From positions 35,975-99,974 of IMG/VR virus record IMGVR_UViG_3300037852_000186: a stretch of 64,000 nucleotides of DNA; one strand, 5' to 3'. How positions within the stretch are numbered: the stretch's first letter is position 1; each line of letters begins with the position of its first letter. Of the stretch, positions 1-9,382 are shown piece by piece. This DNA is from a virus. The position numbers and the translations under genes were made by a program. Below the pieces are notes generated by a model. It searched no databases, was not told where the DNA came from, and saw only the letters and a program-made list of their open reading frames with translations.

Positions 1-25
1 TCGAGTTGCCGCCGATCCCGAAGGG

Positions 26-472
26 ATGAAAGCTGCCGCTAAAGAGCGCAGCCACAAGCATTATTTGAATAACAAGGAAGACGTGAAAGAACGCGCCCGT
101 CTTTGGCATTTGGCCAATATCGAAAAAGCCAGAGAAGCCTGTCGCCGCTGGCGCGCTGCTCATGGTCGTGAATGGTATTTGAAATGGAAAGCAGAGCATC
201 CAGAAGAATACCAACAACACTCCAGCGCTCATCGCCTTCGTATGCGAATCGCCGAAGGGCATTTCACGGTCACAGATATCCAACGCATCTTCGTGGAACA
301 AGGCGGTTTTTGCGCTAATCCAGCGTGCGACGAGTCGCTTGAAGCTGAGTACGATATCGACCACAAGATTCCGCTCAGTCAGCCAGGGACTAGCAACTGG
401 CCGCACAACATTCAGCTTCTCTGTCCGCCCTGCAATGGTCATAAGGGAAATCGCATCGACCTCGGCTATTAA
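26..472 (+). CDS. HNH endonuclease
   Basis: CANPAC...DIDHKIPLS...NIQLLCPPCNGHK HNH/Zn motif after a basic helical N-terminus. Confidence 0.9.
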   Translation: MKAAAKERSHKHYLNNKEDVKERARLWHLANIEKAREACRRWRAAHGREWYLKWKAEHPEEYQQHSSAHRLRMRIAEGHFTVTDIQRIFVEQGGFCANPACDESLEAEYDIDHKIPLSQPGTSNWPHNIQLLCPPCNGHKGNRIDLGY

Positions 473-665
473 TCGTCATCCATGCCGTATCGAAGTGCTG
501 CAGCGGGTTTAAGAATAATATCTACAAGCGCAGAGCTAACCTTTGAGTGAGTTAGGATTTGATAAATACTCGTCGCCGCCCGTGACAGTCTGCTCGGATG
601 AGCGTTCGGATAACCTGCCTCCAGCGCGATAACGATATCGCTAAGTCTCAGCTTGTTTTTCATTG

Positions 666-896
666 CTAATACCGCCAGCCGTATCCGTGTCCAGGTGCTC
701 CACCAAATCCCGCGAGTATGCCAGTGCAATTCAAAAACCATAACAACACGAGTAACCCGACCAGCAGCTTAATCAGCACCCACACCTGCGGCGGCAAAAC
801 CAGCATGGAGCTAAACGCCACCTGAATAATGTAGAAGACGATTGCCAAGACAATTGCGATGATGATTAGACCAATCAGGCAGGGTATCAAGGCCAT
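666..896 (-). CDS. small 2-TM membrane protein, holin candidate
   Basis: two long hydrophobic segments; directly downstream of the lysozyme-like gene. Confidence 0.5.
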   Translation of the reverse strand: MALIPCLIGLIIIAIVLAIVFYIIQVAFSSMLVLPPQVWVLIKLLVGLLVLLWFLNCTGILAGFGGAPGHGYGWRY

Positions 897-901
897 GCTC
901 T

Positions 902-1336
902 TTACATCTCCTCTATGGCGGTAGTTTTTGCCTCAATCTCTGTCCAGCGCGCCGCATAGGGTATATCCCAACCAGTCCCGCGAATCTGGCCGTGAAGGTG
1001 GTAATCCATAGCGATAGCGATATCTGTGACTGCAGGATGCCTTACTAAGTAAGCGCGGACAAACTTGCGCACAGCAATCTCGTAAGCTTTATCCCACGTT
1101 AATTCCAGATACTTATCGTCATGGATTAACGTACTAGGATCGACATTTGAGTCAGTGCCGTACACTAAGCAAACAAAATCACCAACAGTCGGCCCCCAGC
1201 TCAAATAGAATGAAGGGTGTTGTTGCCAGCGTCCGCAGGCGCAGCCGTGATCGCCCCATGCGTAAGGGTTGTTGGTACTCTCCACCTCCGCGAGAATGAG
1301 GACGAAGCGGTCTTCTCTGGACATCGTCATGGTCAT
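902..1336 (-). CDS. lysozyme-like/lytic transglycosylase-fold protein, endolysin candidate
   Basis: ILAEVESTNNPYAWGDHGCACGRWQ resembles the ES-x-x-NP-x-A-x-GD-x-G-x-A-x-G-x-x-Q catalytic motif of the lysozyme superfamily; start placed at ATG 1336. Confidence 0.6.
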   Translation of the reverse strand: MTMTMSREDRFVLILAEVESTNNPYAWGDHGCACGRWQQHPSFYLSWGPTVGDFVCLVYGTDSNVDPSTLIHDDKYLELTWDKAYEIAVRKFVRAYLVRHPAVTDIAIAMDYHLHGQIRGTGWDIPYAARWTEIEAKTTAIEEM

Positions 1337-1340
1337 CGAC

Positions 1341-1436
1341 TTAGTCGCAGCAGGAGTGTATGTACCCGCAGCGCTCGCAAATGTGCTTGCCTCCGCTGCT
1401 TTTGCGCATCGCAGCCGCACACCACGGACAAGTCAT
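1341..1436 (-). CDS. 31-aa zinc-ribbon microprotein (MTCPWCAAAMRKSSGGKHICERCGYIHSCCD)
   Basis: translated by hand; CPxC and CxxC pairs; ATGA overlap with the upstream ORF. Confidence 0.6.
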   Translation of the reverse strand: MTCPWCAAAMRKSSGGKHICERCGYIHSCCD

Positions 1437-1609
1437 GCGCGCCAGGGCCTCGTTCCCACCATTCGCTTGCGCATGGGCAATACGTTCGCCCGCTTCTTTT
1501 GTCGCCGTCTCTGCTTCCACACTTCAATCGCGTAGCACAGCGCGTAGCCAATACTGATAGCGACGAGCATGATGCCAACGCCGATGCCCATTAGGAAGTC
1601 GGTGTTCAT
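1433..1609 (-). CDS. 58-aa single-TM protein with basic C-terminal tail
   Basis: translated by hand (MNTDFLMGIGVGIMLVAISIGYALCYAIEVWKQRRRQKKR...); ATGA overlaps on both sides. Confidence 0.55.
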   Translation of the reverse strand: MNTDFLMGIGVGIMLVAISIGYALCYAIEVWKQRRRQKKRANVLPMRKRMVGTRPWRA

Positions 1610-2016
1610 CGAACTGTAATCGCATGCGCCGTCCGAAAGAATGCGGCATAGTCAAGCACAAGCGGGTCGTCTTCGGGGACGGTCGTCTGAGTGCCGGGAA
1701 TGATTGCGCGCCACGAAGCCGAGTACGCTTTGCGGTAGCCCATACCGTTGGCGTTAGCGACTGGCCCGAGATAGAGTGTATCTGGCGAATAAGGTGGTAA
1801 TGGCAAAGCGTGGACGGCAACGCTCAACCAGAAGTCTTTATTCATCGACGGTACGCAATATAGATCGCGGCTCTGCGAGTAGAGGATCGTAACGAGCCGC
1901 TTGCCTTCGGGCTCTTTCTCTTCGTCGGGCTTTAGTTCATCCACGAGTGCTCGCCCCCTTTTGTGGCGCGTTCTGCGGCGCCGCAGGGCCACTTCTCGGA
2001 GTATGAAAAGCATCAA
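1606..2016 (-). CDS. hypothetical protein, paralog of 1937..2362 (true start probably near 1944)
   Basis: shared motifs ILYSQSRDLY / WLSVAVHALPLPP / DDPLVLDY. Confidence 0.6.
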   Translation of the reverse strand: MMLFILREVALRRRRTRHKRGRALVDELKPDEEKEPEGKRLVTILYSQSRDLYCVPSMNKDFWLSVAVHALPLPPYSPDTLYLGPVANANGMGYRKAYSASWRAIIPGTQTTVPEDDPLVLDYAAFFRTAHAITVR

Positions 2017-2362
2017 CGCGAAGTTTGGTGGCCTCGCAGAGCGCTTCGTTGAGTCCTTGAATCTCTGTCCACGCTTCTTCTAATGACGGCGTCCACCACG
2101 CTGCTTCGCGATAATCTTTGACTAACTCATCGTCCGCGCTGATGAATTTAGGCTGTGTGCCGTTTTGCGGCGTAACCGTACAAACGCGGTAATAGTCTCG
2201 GCCGCGAATGAGGCAGGCCATCGCCACGCCAGGTCGATGCCATTCAGGCGGCACGGGCAGGGGATGCTTCGCGATGCTCAGCCAGATACCGCATTCGCGC
2301 ACGCCGATGACGGCGTAGAAGTCGCCGCTTGAGCTGTAGACGATTTGTGTTTCTGCGCTCAT
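1937..2362 (-). CDS. hypothetical protein, paralog of 1606..2016
   Basis: shared motifs IVYSSSGDFY / WLSIAKHPLPVPP / DDELVKDY. Confidence 0.65.
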   Translation of the reverse strand: MSAETQIVYSSSGDFYAVIGVRECGIWLSIAKHPLPVPPEWHRPGVAMACLIRGRDYYRVCTVTPQNGTQPKFISADDELVKDYREAAWWTPSLEEAWTEIQGLNEALCEATKLRVDAFHTPRSGPAAPQNAPQKGASTRG

Positions 2363-2673
2363 GGTTTGATTTGAATTATCTCTGGCCCTTCTTGCGCCAA
2401 CATCTTGAGAAGGTCCGTGGCTAGCACTCTCGCAACATCAAGGTTCGGTACGGTCAACGTCAAAGTACCGCCAACACCAGGCATGCCCGCCAAGCGCGGA
2501 TATGAGACGTTGATCTGCATGTCGGCTGTCGGCGGGTCAGCTAGCGGCACGTGAACAGCATGCAGAGTGAAACGCTTCCAACTGTTATTTAAGTCTTCGC
2601 GAGGCTGGCGAGAGACGGCAATCATAACAGCGCGAGGTGCTAGTTGGCCGTTACGATGAATATCAAGACTCAT
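2359..2673 (-). CDS. hypothetical protein
   Basis: ORF tightly packed in the minus-strand operon. Confidence 0.6.
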   Translation of the reverse strand: MSLDIHRNGQLAPRAVMIAVSRQPREDLNNSWKRFTLHAVHVPLADPPTADMQINVSYPRLAGMPGVGGTLTLTVPNLDVARVLATDLLKMLAQEGPEIIQIKP

Positions 2674-3216
2674 TTATTCTTTGCCTTTGGTATCGAGCGG
2701 TACGGCGGAATCTACATTCCACTTTTTCCAGGCTTCGTTAAGGTGCTTCGCGCAAATTGGCGTCTCGCGCGGTCTGTCAGTGAAACGTCCTCGCCCCTTC
2801 ACGCTGTAGACTCGATCTTCCGATCCGCACTGCCGCGTAGACGATGCGCCTTGTGAGTGCTCGGTAATCGGCCAGCCGCAAGAAGGTCGTTTATCTTCTC
2901 GTTCTGATTCGACGCCTGAGATGATTGGATCGCCGTGCATATACTTGATGTTCAAGCCCGCCCGCTTCGCGACATAGCGTGCTAGCAAATAACTTGGGTT
3001 GGCTGCACCGCCTTCCGCGCGAAATTGTTCCGACTCTTGCGGGTCTAGTATCAACATCTGAAAGTTCTTACAGGGGCAGTAAGTGACGGTGCATGCGCCT
3101 AATGGATAATTAGTTTCATCGCCGGCAAGGAACGTTTGCCACACGGTCCTTCTTGGCGAGCCCGCCCGATGTTCGTCCATTGAGTGTACGCACTCACACA
3201 TCCAAGGGAATTTCAT
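2674..3216 (-). CDS. Cys/His-rich hypothetical protein (putative metal binding)
   Basis: CECVHSMDEH, CTVTYCPC and C-terminal CG...CGS...CAKH clusters. Confidence 0.55.
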   Translation of the reverse strand: MKFPWMCECVHSMDEHRAGSPRRTVWQTFLAGDETNYPLGACTVTYCPCKNFQMLILDPQESEQFRAEGGAANPSYLLARYVAKRAGLNIKYMHGDPIISGVESEREDKRPSCGWPITEHSQGASSTRQCGSEDRVYSVKGRGRFTDRPRETPICAKHLNEAWKKWNVDSAVPLDTKGKE

Positions 3217-3454
3217 GTTAACTTACGCGCTCCGCAGAGTAGGCGCCGATTTGTTCGTCGAGCTTCAATCTGTAACCCTGTGCTTTAAGAAGGGCGCATA
3301 CTTTCTTGACTTCATTAATTGGCCGCCATCCAGTCTCAGAGCGGATCGCTGCGATCAGTTCACCAGCCATCAGAGCGAGTACTATTTCTTGGGTTGGCAC
3401 AACCCTAAGCTCAGATAAGTCGAAAGTGCTCGTCATTCGCAGCGCCATATTTAA

Positions 3455-3751
3455 TTATTCCGGATGTACGTTTCCCGGCTCGCGTTCATTGCCCCGATGC
3501 TTGGAATCGCGGTCGTCTTTCCATCGGGGGAAATGTCGCTTGGCTTCACTCGGACGATTATCCGCCCACCAGTATGAATCGTGATATTGGCCAGATTCGT
3601 CAGCACACCATTTATTCTGGATACACTTGGCATGATGCGGGGCTGGGTGGTGATAGTAATGATGCTGGGCGTACGCGGGAGCCGAAGTACTTGCGCTTAC
3701 ACAGCCGGTTAGAAGAATCAGAGTGAGTATTGCGGTTAGTCGGTTTGCCAT
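3455..3751 (-). CDS. small secreted/lipoprotein-like protein
   Basis: signal peptide ending LLTGC, followed by a His-rich region. Confidence 0.5.
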   Translation of the reverse strand: MANRLTAILTLILLTGCVSASTSAPAYAQHHYYHHPAPHHAKCIQNKWCADESGQYHDSYWWADNRPSEAKRHFPRWKDDRDSKHRGNEREPGNVHPE

Positions 3752-3758
3752 AGTTCCC

Positions 3759-4619
3759 TTAGTTGTTTGGATAAAACGGTACGTTGCCACCACTCGCCAG
3801 TGCGGTCACGATATCCGAATACGTATAGCTGACCGCCACTGTTGCTCCACTCGCAATCCCGCCTCCGTTTACTCGCGTGATTATTCCGTTGACGTTGTCG
3901 AGTAAGTAGTCGGTTTGCGCGAGATAGGTGGTGGTCAACGCTTGATTCTTGATTATGAGGTCTGTGATATTGCCTTGCGGCAGTGCAATCGTGTCCGACG
4001 CGAAGGTCAGCAACTCCACACCTATTTTCGTCGCGGTAACTCGCAATGCAGATTCCTCTAATACCTTGCCTTGCACGAAAGGAGGGAACGTCGGCGTTTG
4101 GAAGTTCTCAATAACAACAGTGCGAGTACTGAAGGTTGACTCGTAGACCCAGACACCACCTTGCTTATCGCGGTCGATGAAGCGTTCGCGAATTGCTTTC
4201 ATGGGTGTGCAGCCTGTGTTGGCTTGAAAGCCCAGCAGAGCAAGGCGCACAGCTTCAATTATTTGGTAAGCCCCTGGACTCGTGCCGCTCGGCGGTCCGC
4301 CGAATGCCCAGCCTAAATCGCGTATGCGGAGGCCAACAGCAAATTCTAGTGTACGTTCCTGTGCGACATGGCCGATATCTTCGATGACGCCAAAGTCTGA
4401 GCCCATGAAAATAACCATCGCTACTCCGATGCGATGGCGCATTTCGTAAGCCTCGGGCTTGTCGGGGAAGTGTGTAACTTCTATCATCTGTGGGCCGAGC
4501 GCAGCGCCGAGATAAGTCTGTAGCTGTCGAACTATCGCCGCCTCGATGGTTGCGATACCCAGATCTGTGGGCGGGTTGAATGTTTGTCCGGTCCAAGGAC
4601 TATCTAGAAACGCCGCCAC
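3759..4619 (-). CDS. Mu gp37-like tail terminator/completion protein with C-terminal beta domain
   Basis: HFPDKPEAYEMRHRIG...GAYQIIEAVRLALLGF...GGVWVYE pattern; position downstream of the gp36-like gene. Confidence 0.75.
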   Translation of the reverse strand: MAAFLDSPWTGQTFNPPTDLGIATIEAAIVRQLQTYLGAALGPQMIEVTHFPDKPEAYEMRHRIGVAMVIFMGSDFGVIEDIGHVAQERTLEFAVGLRIRDLGWAFGGPPSGTSPGAYQIIEAVRLALLGFQANTGCTPMKAIRERFIDRDKQGGVWVYESTFSTRTVVIENFQTPTFPPFVQGKVLEESALRVTATKIGVELLTFASDTIALPQGNITDLIIKNQALTTTYLAQTDYLLDNVNGIITRVNGGGIASGATVAVSYTYSDIVTALASGGNVPFYPNN

Positions 4620-4621
4620 GT

Positions 4622-5101
4622 TTATTGTCCTATAGTACCTACAACCGTCTGGCCCACAATCCAATGACCATCGCCGTCATTAAGATCGACCGCTGTCCCT
4701 ACGAAAGGGTTAGGCCGCGTCGGCACGATACTCGCCGAATAGTAATTGAAGCTGATTGATCCGCCGACGTTGTTCACGGAATGTTCCGGTTCCGTCGCGC
4801 GATAACAGCGGTCGCCCGAACTTACCGTTAGTGTCAGTGTTTTGGGATTTCCTAGGCCGAAGTGCAAATCATTTGGGTTGGTAAATACACAAACGATGCC
4901 ATCGCGCGGGTCGTCGCTATCCTGATAGGAAAGTGTGATGTTCAACGTCTCATGATCGCCGAACCCTCCCGCTATTCCAATCGTGCCGTGATCATTGTGA
5001 GTGTCGCTGGCGCCGCCAAAACCTGAGATATTCGCAGCGTTTGCCGCTGTCGCAAACGAGAACGCGATGCCTAATGCTATTAGCGTGTGGCGTCGTATCA
5101 T
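4622..5101 (-). CDS. secreted hypothetical protein (moron-like)
   Basis: Sec signal peptide (AxA cleavage); sits between gp36 and gp37. Confidence 0.6.
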   Translation of the reverse strand: MIRRHTLIALGIAFSFATAANAANISGFGGASDTHNDHGTIGIAGGFGDHETLNITLSYQDSDDPRDGIVCVFTNPNDLHFGLGNPKTLTLTVSSGDRCYRATEPEHSVNNVGGSISFNYYSASIVPTRPNPFVGTAVDLNDGDGHWIVGQTVVGTIGQ

Positions 5102-5107
5102 TGATAG

Positions 5108-5575
5108 TTAGAAACCCTTCATCGTGCTGCGTCTAAAAATGCGCTGCGGCAAACATGGGTCGCCGCCGAAATTCACGTCCATTACAACTGCTGGCACTGA
5201 CGGATCTGCCGGTTCTGTGCCTGTTGCTGTATTGAGTCCGAGGGTTAGTTGCCCTTCGCTCACTTCGTCGAGGAACTTGCAATTCTTCTCGTAAATTAGC
5301 TTGGCGTATTCGAGGTCGTGGATTGGCCGCAAAGCTTGCAAGTGAAACATCGCAATCTCGCAGCACACGCGAGTCAAGATCGACGGGGGGTTTATTAGCG
5401 GGAGCGCGAAGCGAGCTTCGATGTAGGAATCGATCTCATCCGAAGCGTCGTCAAGGAAGGTCTGGAGATAAGTAGCATTGATGGTGGTGACGGTCGGGTC
5501 CTCGTTGGTCAACTGGACCAGATCGCGATTGGGGTAGCGCAAGGCCATGTCGTTTGTAGTAGCGTATCCCATCAC
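5108..5575 (-). CDS. Mu gp36-like (DUF1320) head-tail adaptor
   Basis: YATTNDMALRY...LVQLTNE...LDDASDEIDSYIEARFALPL...L-x-x-V-x-x-G-x-L-x-LG. Confidence 0.9.
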   Translation of the reverse strand: MMGYATTNDMALRYPNRDLVQLTNEDPTVTTINATYLQTFLDDASDEIDSYIEARFALPLINPPSILTRVCCEIAMFHLQALRPIHDLEYAKLIYEKNCKFLDEVSEGQLTLGLNTATGTEPADPSVPAVVMDVNFGGDPCLPQRIFRRSTMKGF

Positions 5576-5739
5576 TTATACCGTCACCGTCCACGATCCG
5601 CTAATCCATTCGTACTCTTGACAACGGCACAATCCGACCATCCTTGCGTACCACCCACTCGCTGCCATCGTTAAATGCAATAACCCAATAGTGCAGGCCA
5701 AGAGTTAAACGCTTCCGCCAAGCGCGCTTGATATTGAAA

Positions 5740-6708
5740 TTAATTAGCATCAAGAATATTTTGGATATCCGTTTTCATCGCGGCTTCGTCCATGTACTTA
5801 TTCGCCTCGTCCGCCTTCATCGCCATACCCACGAGGAACCGCAACTCTTTCTTAGAAATGCGCACTGCGGGCGGCTTAGGGGGCGGGGGCCCTGGTACTG
5901 GGGGTGGAATCGGCGGCGGGGGCGAAGTGTCGATAACAGCAGTAAGGTCGCGCTCAAGCTCGGGTAGATTTATTCCGCTTGGCGCCTTTTGTACCGCGTT
6001 GACCCAATCGAAGGCTAACTCTGCATGCGCCTCTTCGATGTAGGGCGTGCCGTCTTCGTAGTGCGCAGTCATGAACGCTTGAGTAATTGGCTGGAGTTTG
6101 CCCCAAGTGACGATGTAGAACATGCCCGCGCCGTCGTACTGAACGACCGGGACATCGTGTCCGCCCGCGAGCGGCGAACCGGGTATATAGTCCCACGGCT
6201 TGCCCGCGTTGAACTGGTCAACCGCGCTGTTCGGGAGATTGACTCCGAGCCGACAAGCTCCGAATAGACATATCACCCACTTGATTTGGTCGATGTGCTT
6301 AGGATCGAGATTGGCTGAGGCGTCGAGCTTACGTCCCAGCCAGCCGTTCGCGGTTAGATACTGAATCACCGTTAGCTCGTCCGCGCCCGTGTCGGTATTC
6401 GGATTGGTGGAGTCGAAGCCGCAAACTGCGGTGTAGAGGGCCAGCACATCGGCCGTGGAGGGAATTGAGATGTTACCGACATTCGCAGTGCGCAGCATTT
6501 CTTGATGCGCGCAATCACTGAAGACACAACAGCCATACAGATCGTTGCCGTCCATCCCCCAGCCGTGGGGCGACTGCTGCATTACTGCTGCCACCCAATC
6601 AGGAGACTGCGGCGGCGGCGGCCCTAGCGCGCTCAGATGGCTCGCGAGAATGGATTGACGAACGCGGCTATAGCGCGTATGCCGTGCTGGTTTGCGGCCA
6701 AATTTCAA
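5740..6708 (-). CDS. papain-like cysteine peptidase (phage type)
   Basis: GNDLYGCCV (catalytic Cys), GGHDVPVVQYD (His), YIVTWG; Pro-rich C-terminal linker. Confidence 0.65.
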   Translation of the reverse strand: MKFGRKPARHTRYSRVRQSILASHLSALGPPPPQSPDWVAAVMQQSPHGWGMDGNDLYGCCVFSDCAHQEMLRTANVGNISIPSTADVLALYTAVCGFDSTNPNTDTGADELTVIQYLTANGWLGRKLDASANLDPKHIDQIKWVICLFGACRLGVNLPNSAVDQFNAGKPWDYIPGSPLAGGHDVPVVQYDGAGMFYIVTWGKLQPITQAFMTAHYEDGTPYIEEAHAELAFDWVNAVQKAPSGINLPELERDLTAVIDTSPPPPIPPPVPGPPPPKPPAVRISKKELRFLVGMAMKADEANKYMDEAAMKTDIQNILDAN

Positions 6709-6817
6709 AGGCTACTCCTTGGATGCTTTGCTGAGTATGGTTCGCCGTGTCGCAACCAGCACCACGCATAGGCAGGATGACGTATTGCCCAAGCAATAGT
6801 CTGCAACTTCAACTTCA

Positions 6818-7159
6818 TTAGTTGTGGACCGGAACCCCGAACTTCATGTCGATTGCGCTAAGAGCGCCAGCGCCGACAGTTACGTCGCCGCCCACACCGG
6901 TATATGGCGAATGCGGATCACCGGGCACGGTCACTTGCAGCATGACGCTCGCGACTCCGAGTTTGCCAGTCGAAGTGACGAGCGCGGTCATTCCGGTCGC
7001 GTCAGCCGGATCTGGAACAACGGTGATAACTGTTGCGTCGGACGAGGACCAAACCGCTGCGGCGCCAGCCGGCGCGGGAACCACATTGGGCGGAACCGCA
7101 TCGTCTACGAATTCAATCGTTGCGGATACGTGTGAATCGTCGGGTAGAGCGAAAGGCAT
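6818..7159 (-). CDS. Ig-like domain protein
   Basis: VWSSSDATVITV...G-x-A-x-V is a Big_2-like signature. Confidence 0.65.
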   Translation of the reverse strand: MPFALPDDSHVSATIEFVDDAVPPNVVPAPAGAAAVWSSSDATVITVVPDPADATGMTALVTSTGKLGVASVMLQVTVPGDPHSPYTGVGGDVTVGAGALSAIDMKFGVPVHN

Positions 7160-7171
7160 TAAATCATCTCC

Positions 7172-7453
7172 TTACTTGTGGTGAACCACTCCAAACTTTA
7201 TCGCGACGTGGTCCAGTTGTGGCGTCAGCGTCTTTATGATTGTGTCAAGTTTCGTTCCGAGTGCTGTTACGCGGAGCGTCAGCGCCAAGAACCCCGCATC
7301 AAGCTTCGCGCCGTTCGCGGCCAATTCGGTAGTTTGCTTCTGTAGCAACACGGTCTGCTTTTGAAGCTCCGCGAGGATTTGGCCGAAGATCCACGTCTCG
7401 TCCATTATGGACAGCTCAGCATCGCCGAACAAGAATATCTCGGAACGGTACAA
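7172..7453 (-). CDS. coiled-coil hypothetical protein (true start probably near 7405)
   Basis: heptad pattern; C-terminus AIKFGVVHHK resembles IDMKFGVPVHN of the next gene. Confidence 0.5.
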   Translation of the reverse strand: MYRSEIFLFGDAELSIMDETWIFGQILAELQKQTVLLQKQTTELAANGAKLDAGFLALTLRVTALGTKLDTIIKTLTPQLDHVAIKFGVVHHK

Positions 7454-7884
7454 GTGCCGGGAGTGCCAGTCTGAGCAAGGCCAATTATGTTGCCCGCCGT
7501 GACAGCCAAGGTTTCAGCAGAGCTAGCTACGGTTGCTACTGTTGTCGTTGGACTTACCGCTGTTCCTACTGTTGAGCCAGTGATGTTTGTGATGTTTACT
7601 GTCGGTCCAGTTGTGCAGGCTCCGGTCAATGTGGCCGTACACATCAGACTGATGAACTTGCCAGTGCATGGAGCTTTCTGCGGAGCAACTGCCGTTGCGG
7701 GTAGAGTGCCCAAGTCGCCGCTCCAGTAGATAGGATAATATTGAGTTACTGGCGGTAGTATTGTACCGTGTTGAGTTCCGGATGACTGCCCGATTGCAGC
7801 GTATACATAACTCGCAGGACTTGGAGCATATATGCCCAAGCCGACAACAAGCATTAGGAGAACGGCAAATTTAATAACCTTCAC
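7405..7884 (-). CDS. secreted/virion Thr-rich protein
   Basis: signal peptide, Thr/Cys-rich beta domain. Confidence 0.55.
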   Translation of the reverse strand: MKVIKFAVLLMLVVGLGIYAPSPASYVYAAIGQSSGTQHGTILPPVTQYYPIYWSGDLGTLPATAVAPQKAPCTGKFISLMCTATLTGACTTGPTVNITNITGSTVGTAVSPTTTVATVASSAETLAVTAGNIIGLAQTGTPGTCTVPRYSCSAMLSCP

Positions 7885-7888
7885 GGCT

Positions 7889-8176
7889 CTAGTAACTCAC
7901 CCAAGCGCACGTGGTGCCGCTCGCGCTGATGGCGCTGATATAGCCGCCTGGAGCTAACCCGCCCGTTTCGGCCCTCACGACCCACGAATCGCCAGGACCT
8001 AGATAGATCGAGGCTGAAGTCGCGGTTTTTCCAATCGCTAAGTTCATCGGATTGGTCGTGCCCGTATTTTGCACCATCAGATAATGGCGCCCGTCGGGGG
8101 GACTGCCAAGGTCGTTGGCGGCTATGATGGTAGCCGCCGTGGACGTAAGTGTTGTGTCGCCGTAGGTATATGCCAT
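7889..8176 (-). CDS. small virion-associated beta-sandwich protein
   Basis: directly downstream of the capsid gene; RHYLMVQNTG...IYLGPG pattern typical of small phage head accessory proteins. Confidence 0.55.
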   Translation of the reverse strand: MAYTYGDTTLTSTAATIIAANDLGSPPDGRHYLMVQNTGTTNPMNLAIGKTATSASIYLGPGDSWVVRAETGGLAPGGYISAISASGTTCAWVSY

Positions 8177-8188
8177 CTGACCCGTTAC

Positions 8189-9172
8189 CTACGCCAGCCA
8201 GGGGCTGACTATCAATGTTGCGTCATTCAGATAGATGTTGGACATCGGAATTGTGCTTATCGTTCCCGCCCCGAAGTTGCCATGCAGGAGTTGTGTCGCT
8301 ACTTGCCTCAGCGATGGAGGCACAACCAAGAATCGTGTATTGGGCGGCCCGCTCCACGCGCCGAACGGAATACCCGCATCAGTCTTAAACCCTTCTAATG
8401 CCGCAACGGCCTTTCCGTAGTTGACTGGATTGGTAAGGTCCTGATTGCTTGCGTAAGTCAACTGCCATAGTCCGACGCCGGCGTTGTAACGACCATCGAC
8501 ACCGTAGCGAAAGGTACGTTGATTATAAACCGCCTCGTCAGTCAGGGCGTTCATATGAGTTACTGCGAACTCGCGGCGCTTCTGGAGAATGAACGAGCGA
8601 ATAGGGCGATGGGCGTCTACCAGATACCAATATACTCCGCTTCCGCCAGAGTCGATGTTGGAGACGGGGGTTGTCGGTCCAGTTGCGCTGGTTTGCCCCA
8701 GAAGCCCTACGGGATGGTTGGCGGAGTAGAGGTTCTGGCCGTCGTAACCAATAGGCACCGGAACGGTGATGTGGCCGATGGTTTGCGGAGCGTTAGAACT
8801 CGCTGCCTTCATCATGCCAAAGATTAGCTGATTCGGAAATAACTTCGCGTCCCAGCCGAGATTACGGATTGCCGGCCCGTAGACTTCGTATTCGTCGTCT
8901 TCGATTTTTTCACGCTCGATGGCAATGGAATTTTCCCAGGTCTTATTGACGATGGTATAGGCTGTGGCTTCGAGTGCCTGATGCACGCGGTCGCCGATCC
9001 ATTCACGAAAGCCAGTCGTCATCTTCAGCCAAGGATACATCTGTTGACCACTGCCGCTGGGCGCTATTGTAGTTAGGGGCTCATAGTCGGACGGCGCCAT
9101 CTCGTAGCCTTGCTGGAAGATGGGGTCAAACGTGGTGAATAGAATGGTGAGGTTTTGAGCCGAAATTTGCAT
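8189..9172 (-). CDS. Mu-like major capsid protein (gpT family)
   Basis: YPWL...FREWIGDR...IVNKTWE...IEREKIEDD...YDGQ...H...WYLVD...RYGVDGRYNAGVGLWQL...LVVPPSL...SPWL. Confidence 0.95.
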   Translation of the reverse strand: MQISAQNLTILFTTFDPIFQQGYEMAPSDYEPLTTIAPSGSGQQMYPWLKMTTGFREWIGDRVHQALEATAYTIVNKTWENSIAIEREKIEDDEYEVYGPAIRNLGWDAKLFPNQLIFGMMKAASSNAPQTIGHITVPVPIGYDGQNLYSANHPVGLLGQTSATGPTTPVSNIDSGGSGVYWYLVDAHRPIRSFILQKRREFAVTHMNALTDEAVYNQRTFRYGVDGRYNAGVGLWQLTYASNQDLTNPVNYGKAVAALEGFKTDAGIPFGAWSGPPNTRFLVVPPSLRQVATQLLHGNFGAGTISTIPMSNIYLNDATLIVSPWLA

Positions 9173-9184
9173 AGCAGTAGTTCC

Positions 9185-9382
9185 CTAACTCGGAGTGCCT
9201 ATTCCTTTGATTTCTGTGATCGCTACGTAGCGACCGTATATTGCACCGAGCGCACCAATGAGTGCTGTTATGTTGGCTGGATTCGCCCCGCCGTTAATAA
9301 ACATATCGCCGACGGCCCCAACGACCGCGACAATGCCGCAGATGATTGCTTTGCTTGTGTACCAATGCTTATTAGCTGGCAC
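9185..9382 (-). CDS. small 2-TM protein, holin-like
   Basis: KHWYTSKAI...AIYGRYVA pattern seen in small phage membrane proteins. Confidence 0.5.
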   Translation of the reverse strand: MPANKHWYTSKAIICGIVAVVGAVGDMFINGGANPANITALIGALGAIYGRYVAITEIKGIGTPS

